Of a stretch of DNA of 64,000 nt, positions 60,612 to 64,000 are shown in pieces. Made by a program: the position numbers and the translations under genes. The notes below the pieces were generated by a model, which was given only the letters and a program-made list of their open reading frames with translations, did no database searches and was not told the origin of the DNA. Origin of the DNA: Candidatus Multivoradales bacterium (GTDB lineage Bacteria > Acidobacteriota > Thermoanaerobaculia > Multivoradales > JAHEKO01); assembly GCA_965223875.1 (NCBI GenBank), contig OZ245024.1:236015-300014 (forward strand). Direction: 5' to 3'. Within the stretch, counting starts at the first letter, position 1. Every line of letters starts with the position of its first letter.

Positions 60612-62632
60612 GATTCGTCTCCTTCTGATCTCTCGTCAAGGGGCTGCAACCAGACGTCGGCGATCTCGACCGAGGCCCCCGAACCGCCGAAGTTGATAAG
60701 CAGTCGGGGTACCTCGTAGTCCTCTTCGGCGCGGAACCCGAAAGCGAATCGACGCCATTCGCGCCCCACCCTGAGCCGCCGTCTGAGGCCGAGATTCGCC
60801 CAGGGTTCGAGGCTCTGGGTGACACCGAGTCCCAGCGGACGCTCGGCCTCCGCCCGCGCCCGGAACCCGCCGATGTACATCTTCCCCTTCTGCAACGGCG
60901 GGAAGGCCCGCTCGGCCTGGAGAAACCACTGCTGCTCCCCAGGGTCGACGACCTCGAGGTGCACGGGGTCGGTGGCGTTGGCGTTGGGCAGCAGGACGCT
61001 GTGCGCCTCGCCGTGCTCTCTCAGGTACCAGGTGCGGCGCTCGGCGGCCGGGAAGTCCCGCATGGTCCACGGATCGAGCTCGGGCTCGATCAACCAGACC
61101 CTCCTGTCCGGATAGTGCGAGAGCAGCGGCCACAGCGGCCGGTTGTCGAGCCACCGCGCCCAGACGATCTTCGAGCCGTCGATGTCGGCGCGGTTGTAGA
61201 CCCACTCGCGGTGGCGGGTGCTGTTCTCGGCGTACTTCACGACAACGAGGTGCCGATCCCCGTCCTCCTCGAGCCGTCTCTTGTGATGGGGTCTCGCCAG
61301 GATGGCCCAGCGCGAGAACCGCTCCCAGAGCTGCCGATCCTCGATCTTGGACAGATCGTGAACGTCGGGAATCGGAACCGGCGGCGGCTTGGCGACGTAG
61401 CTCGCATCGCGCTTGTACTCCCAGTAGGAGAGCTCGCGCAGGAAGTGTGAGTAGTTGTTGTGGAAATAGAGTGCCAGACAGGCCGCCACGAACGCCGTCG
61501 CCACGACCCGCCAGCGGATCCAACTCGAGATGATCGCCAGGGACTGTACGACCAGGCCGATCCCGAGGCCGGCGACCGGTGCGGAGTAGTGCGGCACCGC
61601 GCCACGGGTGAAGGCCGTGGCGACGATCGTCAGCAGGAAGGTGCCCAGGGCGAAACGACCCCAACGGCTCTTGAGCAGCCAGCGCAGGGCCACGAGTATC
61701 AGCAGAGCGTAGTAGCGCTCACCGCCGATGTGGTGGATGAACTGACGGTCGGATCGGAGAATGATCTGGTCGCGCACGTTCTCGGCACGCTGGCGGTTCA
61801 CCGGCTTGGCGTCGGGATCGAAGAAGGCGTCGTTCCCATAGCGCTCCAGATAGACCTGGTACGGCAGCCGGATGGGGTCTCCCGTTACCCGATAGTTGTA
61901 GTAGAGCACCCAGGCGCCGCCGAGGGCCAGGATCAGGGTCAGGGGCGCGACCACGCCCCGCCAGACGCGGCGCGGGGGGAACTCCCGCTGCCTCACCAGC
62001 CAGACCAGGAAGACCAGCGCTGCGGGCAACGCCGCCACCAGGCCCTCGTAGGGGCGGCTCAGGGCGAGGAGCAGGAGTCCGGTGCCGATGAGGAGTCCGT
62101 AGCGGGGACGGGGATCGCGCATCGCCCGGATCAGGGCGCCGAACAGGAGGGCGCCACCGAGCATCGCCACCGAGCCGCCCATGAACGTACCGCCCCAGAA
62201 ACGCAGGTTGCCGACATTGAAGGCCGCCGCCAATCCGCCGAGCACCGCCCAGCGGGTCGGCAGCCACGCCTTGAGCATCCAGGCGACAGCGGTACAGGCC
62301 GCCGCGAAGCTCAGCCAGACCCCGACGAGCGCCGAGCCGAAGAGGATCTGACCCACCGCCAGGGCCATCCCCTGACCGGGCGGGTACTTCGACTGGTAGG
62401 TCGGCTCCTCCAGCACGTGAATGGTCTCGAAGAAGCGCCAGAGCACATGGCTGGGGTTGGTCAGGCGGAACGAAGAATAGGTGTCGGAAGCCAGAAGGTA
62501 GCTGAACTCGTCCTGGATCTGGGGGAACGTCGGCATGAAGTGGTTGAGAATCCAGCACAGCACGATCGTGCAGAGGAAAACCAGGGCCAGCGGCGTGCCG
62601 GGACGCCGCAGCAGTTGTCTCAAACCACTCAT
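60608..62632 (-). CDS. GT-C-like polytopic membrane protein with a C-terminal CBM-like domain (paralog of 48105..50156)
   Basis: Shares DEFSYLL, EPTYQSKYPPGQG, VGVWLS and AMLGGALLFG blocks with the first copy. C-terminal soluble domain (MYIGGFRARAE..LINFGGSGASVEIADVWLQPL). Confidence 0.5.
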   Translation of the reverse strand: MSGLRQLLRRPGTPLALVFLCTIVLCWILNHFMPTFPQIQDEFSYLLASDTYSSFRLTNPSHVLWRFFETIHVLEEPTYQSKYPPGQGMALAVGQILFGSALVGVWLSFAAACTAVAWMLKAWLPTRWAVLGGLAAAFNVGNLRFWGGTFMGGSVAMLGGALLFGALIRAMRDPRPRYGLLIGTGLLLLALSRPYEGLVAALPAALVFLVWLVRQREFPPRRVWRGVVAPLTLILALGGAWVLYYNYRVTGDPIRLPYQVYLERYGNDAFFDPDAKPVNRQRAENVRDQIILRSDRQFIHHIGGERYYALLILVALRWLLKSRWGRFALGTFLLTIVATAFTRGAVPHYSAPVAGLGIGLVVQSLAIISSWIRWRVVATAFVAACLALYFHNNYSHFLRELSYWEYKRDASYVAKPPPVPIPDVHDLSKIEDRQLWERFSRWAILARPHHKRRLEEDGDRHLVVVKYAENSTRHREWVYNRADIDGSKIVWARWLDNRPLWPLLSHYPDRRVWLIEPELDPWTMRDFPAAERRTWYLREHGEAHSVLLPNANATDPVHLEVVDPGEQQWFLQAERAFPPLQKGKMYIGGFRARAEAERPLGLGVTQSLEPWANLGLRRRLRVGREWRRFAFGFRAEEDYEVPRLLINFGGSGASVEIADVWLQPLDERSEGDES

Positions 62633-62709
62633 GAGCAGGACTCGGTCAGCAGCTGTCGATTCTACGCTGCCCGGAGACCGGTGCGGGTGACCGTCTCACG
62701 TCGAGCACA

Positions 62710-64000
62710 TCACCGCCGCAGGCGATCCACCAGGGAGCGAAGGGCCTGGAGTCGACCGAGCTGTCCCTCGAATCGGCGGTGATCGCCGCGGCTCGGGAAG
62801 CTCCCGATGCCGTTGATGCGTGTCGTGAGCTCGACCGGGAAGACGCCGACACCCCCGACCTCGGCGGGCGGCGGCAGGATCTCGCCCGGTTCCCCTCGGT
62901 GCACATCGGACCGTTCGATCTCGTCGAACAGCTCCACCCAGAGCCGGGCCATCTGCTGGAGCCCGTAGCCGCTGCCCGCGCTGTCCGGGTCCCCGAGTGA
63001 GGCCGGGCGAATGACCCGAATCCGTTCGGCGAGCTCGGGTCGGCGCTCTTCCAGAGCTCGTGCCGACGTGCCGTCGAGAGCCACGATGGCGTCCCAGGAG
63101 TGTCCGAGGCGCGCCGCCTGCTCGAGGTAGAGAGAATCGTCGGAGACGAGGCCGACGACGGTGACGCCGGCGTCCGCCAGCGGCGATACGCAGGCGTGGC
63201 GCCAGTCGTGCATCGGCAACCAGACACAGGGTGCATGCCGTCGCAGGTAGCGGAGAGTGGCGCCCCAGTGGCCACCCCACCCCTCCTTCCGGCCCACCTC
63301 GAGGTGGTCGACGGGGAACTCCGTCGGCATGGGCAGTCTCGGTTCGACGACCTCGACGTGCTCGGTGCTCTCTTCCGTGAGGAGCAGGCGGACCGTCGTG
63401 CCGCGCTGCGCCAGGGCCCGCAGCAGCTCGTGGCAGCGCGCGTTGGACCAGTTGTCGGTCCAGAAGGGGACGGTCGCGACCACCTCGAATCGTTCCGCGT
63501 CGACCTCCGAGGGTGATTCGCGCGCACGGTCGAAGTCGAGCTTGTCCTGCCGCGACGGGAAGGTACCCAGTCCGTCGACGTGGATCGCATGGCTCCATGC
63601 CGGGGATCCCGGTCCGGGCGCGAAGACGCCGACGCCCTCGACCTCGGCCGGGGGCGGCAGGATCTCGCCGACGGGGCGGACGAAATCCCCAGCTCCGGCG
63701 CGCCGATGGGTGTCGTCGAAGACGGCGATGTAGGCCTCGAGCATGTCGGTGGAGCTGAATGCACCACGGCTGACGCCTTCGTAGGCCGCCGCGGCCATGC
63801 GCTCGCGCCGCGGCTCGTCCGCCTGGAGTCGCTCGAGACGTTCGGCGAATGCCTCGGTGTCCCCGATGTCGACGAGGTAACCGCTCTCCCCTTCCCGGAC
63901 GAGCTCCGGGATCCCGCTCTCCATGTCCGAGACCACGGGAACGCAGCCGTTGGCCATCGCCTCGAGCAGCGCGTTGGGCATGCCCTCGAATTCGGACGTC
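62710..64000 (-). CDS. glycosyltransferase (GT4 C-terminal part) with a repeated C-terminal extension; 5' end beyond the window
   Basis: GT4 C-terminal motif LLEAMANGCVPVV, then two copies of GEILPPPAEV(E/G)GVGVF..GxGxFPSR about 260 aa apart. Confidence 0.55.
   Translation of the reverse strand, partial: TSEFEGMPNALLEAMANGCVPVVSDMESGIPELVREGESGYLVDIGDTEAFAERLERLQADEPRRERMAAAAYEGVSRGAFSSTDMLEAYIAVFDDTHRRAGAGDFVRPVGEILPPPAEVEGVGVFAPGPGSPAWSHAIHVDGLGTFPSRQDKLDFDRARESPSEVDAERFEVVATVPFWTDNWSNARCHELLRALAQRGTTVRLLLTEESTEHVEVVEPRLPMPTEFPVDHLEVGRKEGWGGHWGATLRYLRRHAPCVWLPMHDWRHACVSPLADAGVTVVGLVSDDSLYLEQAARLGHSWDAIVALDGTSARALEERRPELAERIRVIRPASLGDPDSAGSGYGLQQMARLWVELFDEIERSDVHRGEPGEILPPPAEVGGVGVFPVELTTRINGIGSFPSRGDHRRFEGQLGRLQALRSLVDRLRR

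Overview
High-GC (about 70%) bacterial chromosomal window, probably from a Gram-negative-type organism (it encodes an OMP beta-barrel, DUF4920, Wzm/Wzt and a TolB-like sensor kinase). Gene density is high, with frequent ATGA start/stop overlaps. Left third: housekeeping genes (ftsY, a membrane HD-GYP phosphodiesterase, aroB, aspS, hisS, a GT2-thioesterase-aroC operon, an orphan GspE/PilB ATPase, pyrR-pyrB-pyrC, suhB-like, smc). Middle: a tRNA-Thr(CGT) gene with an 8.6-kb integrated element bounded by a 50-nt direct repeat of the tRNA 3' end. It carries a P4-type integrase, an AlpA-like regulator, an AAA_25 replicative ATPase and terminase small/large subunit-like genes but no capsid or tail genes, which is a phage-satellite or prophage-remnant architecture. 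Next come a frameshifted Ser/Thr kinase-TPR gene and a block of secreted or envelope proteins. Right third: a seven-gene, translationally coupled operon on the minus strand. It encodes a complete Dlt-like acyl-carrier acylation machinery: a membrane-anchored protein, a previously unlisted 43-aa DltX-like micropeptide ending in FRYQGF, an MBOAT (DltB-like), an adenylating ligase (DltA-like), a carrier protein (DltC-like), an SGNH membrane protein (DltD-like) and a terminal reductive-dehalogenase/QueG-like double 4Fe-4S enzyme. A divergent ABC-transporter-dependent glycan locus follows (GT2, GT2, GT4, GT4 fusion, Wzm/Wzt, an 875-aa HEAT-repeat protein). It is bracketed by two paralogous GT-C-like membrane proteins of about 680 aa that carry a CBM-like C-terminal domain. 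The Dlt-like plus RDH-like operon next to this glycan locus is the most likely undescribed system. No CRISPR or rRNA was seen.
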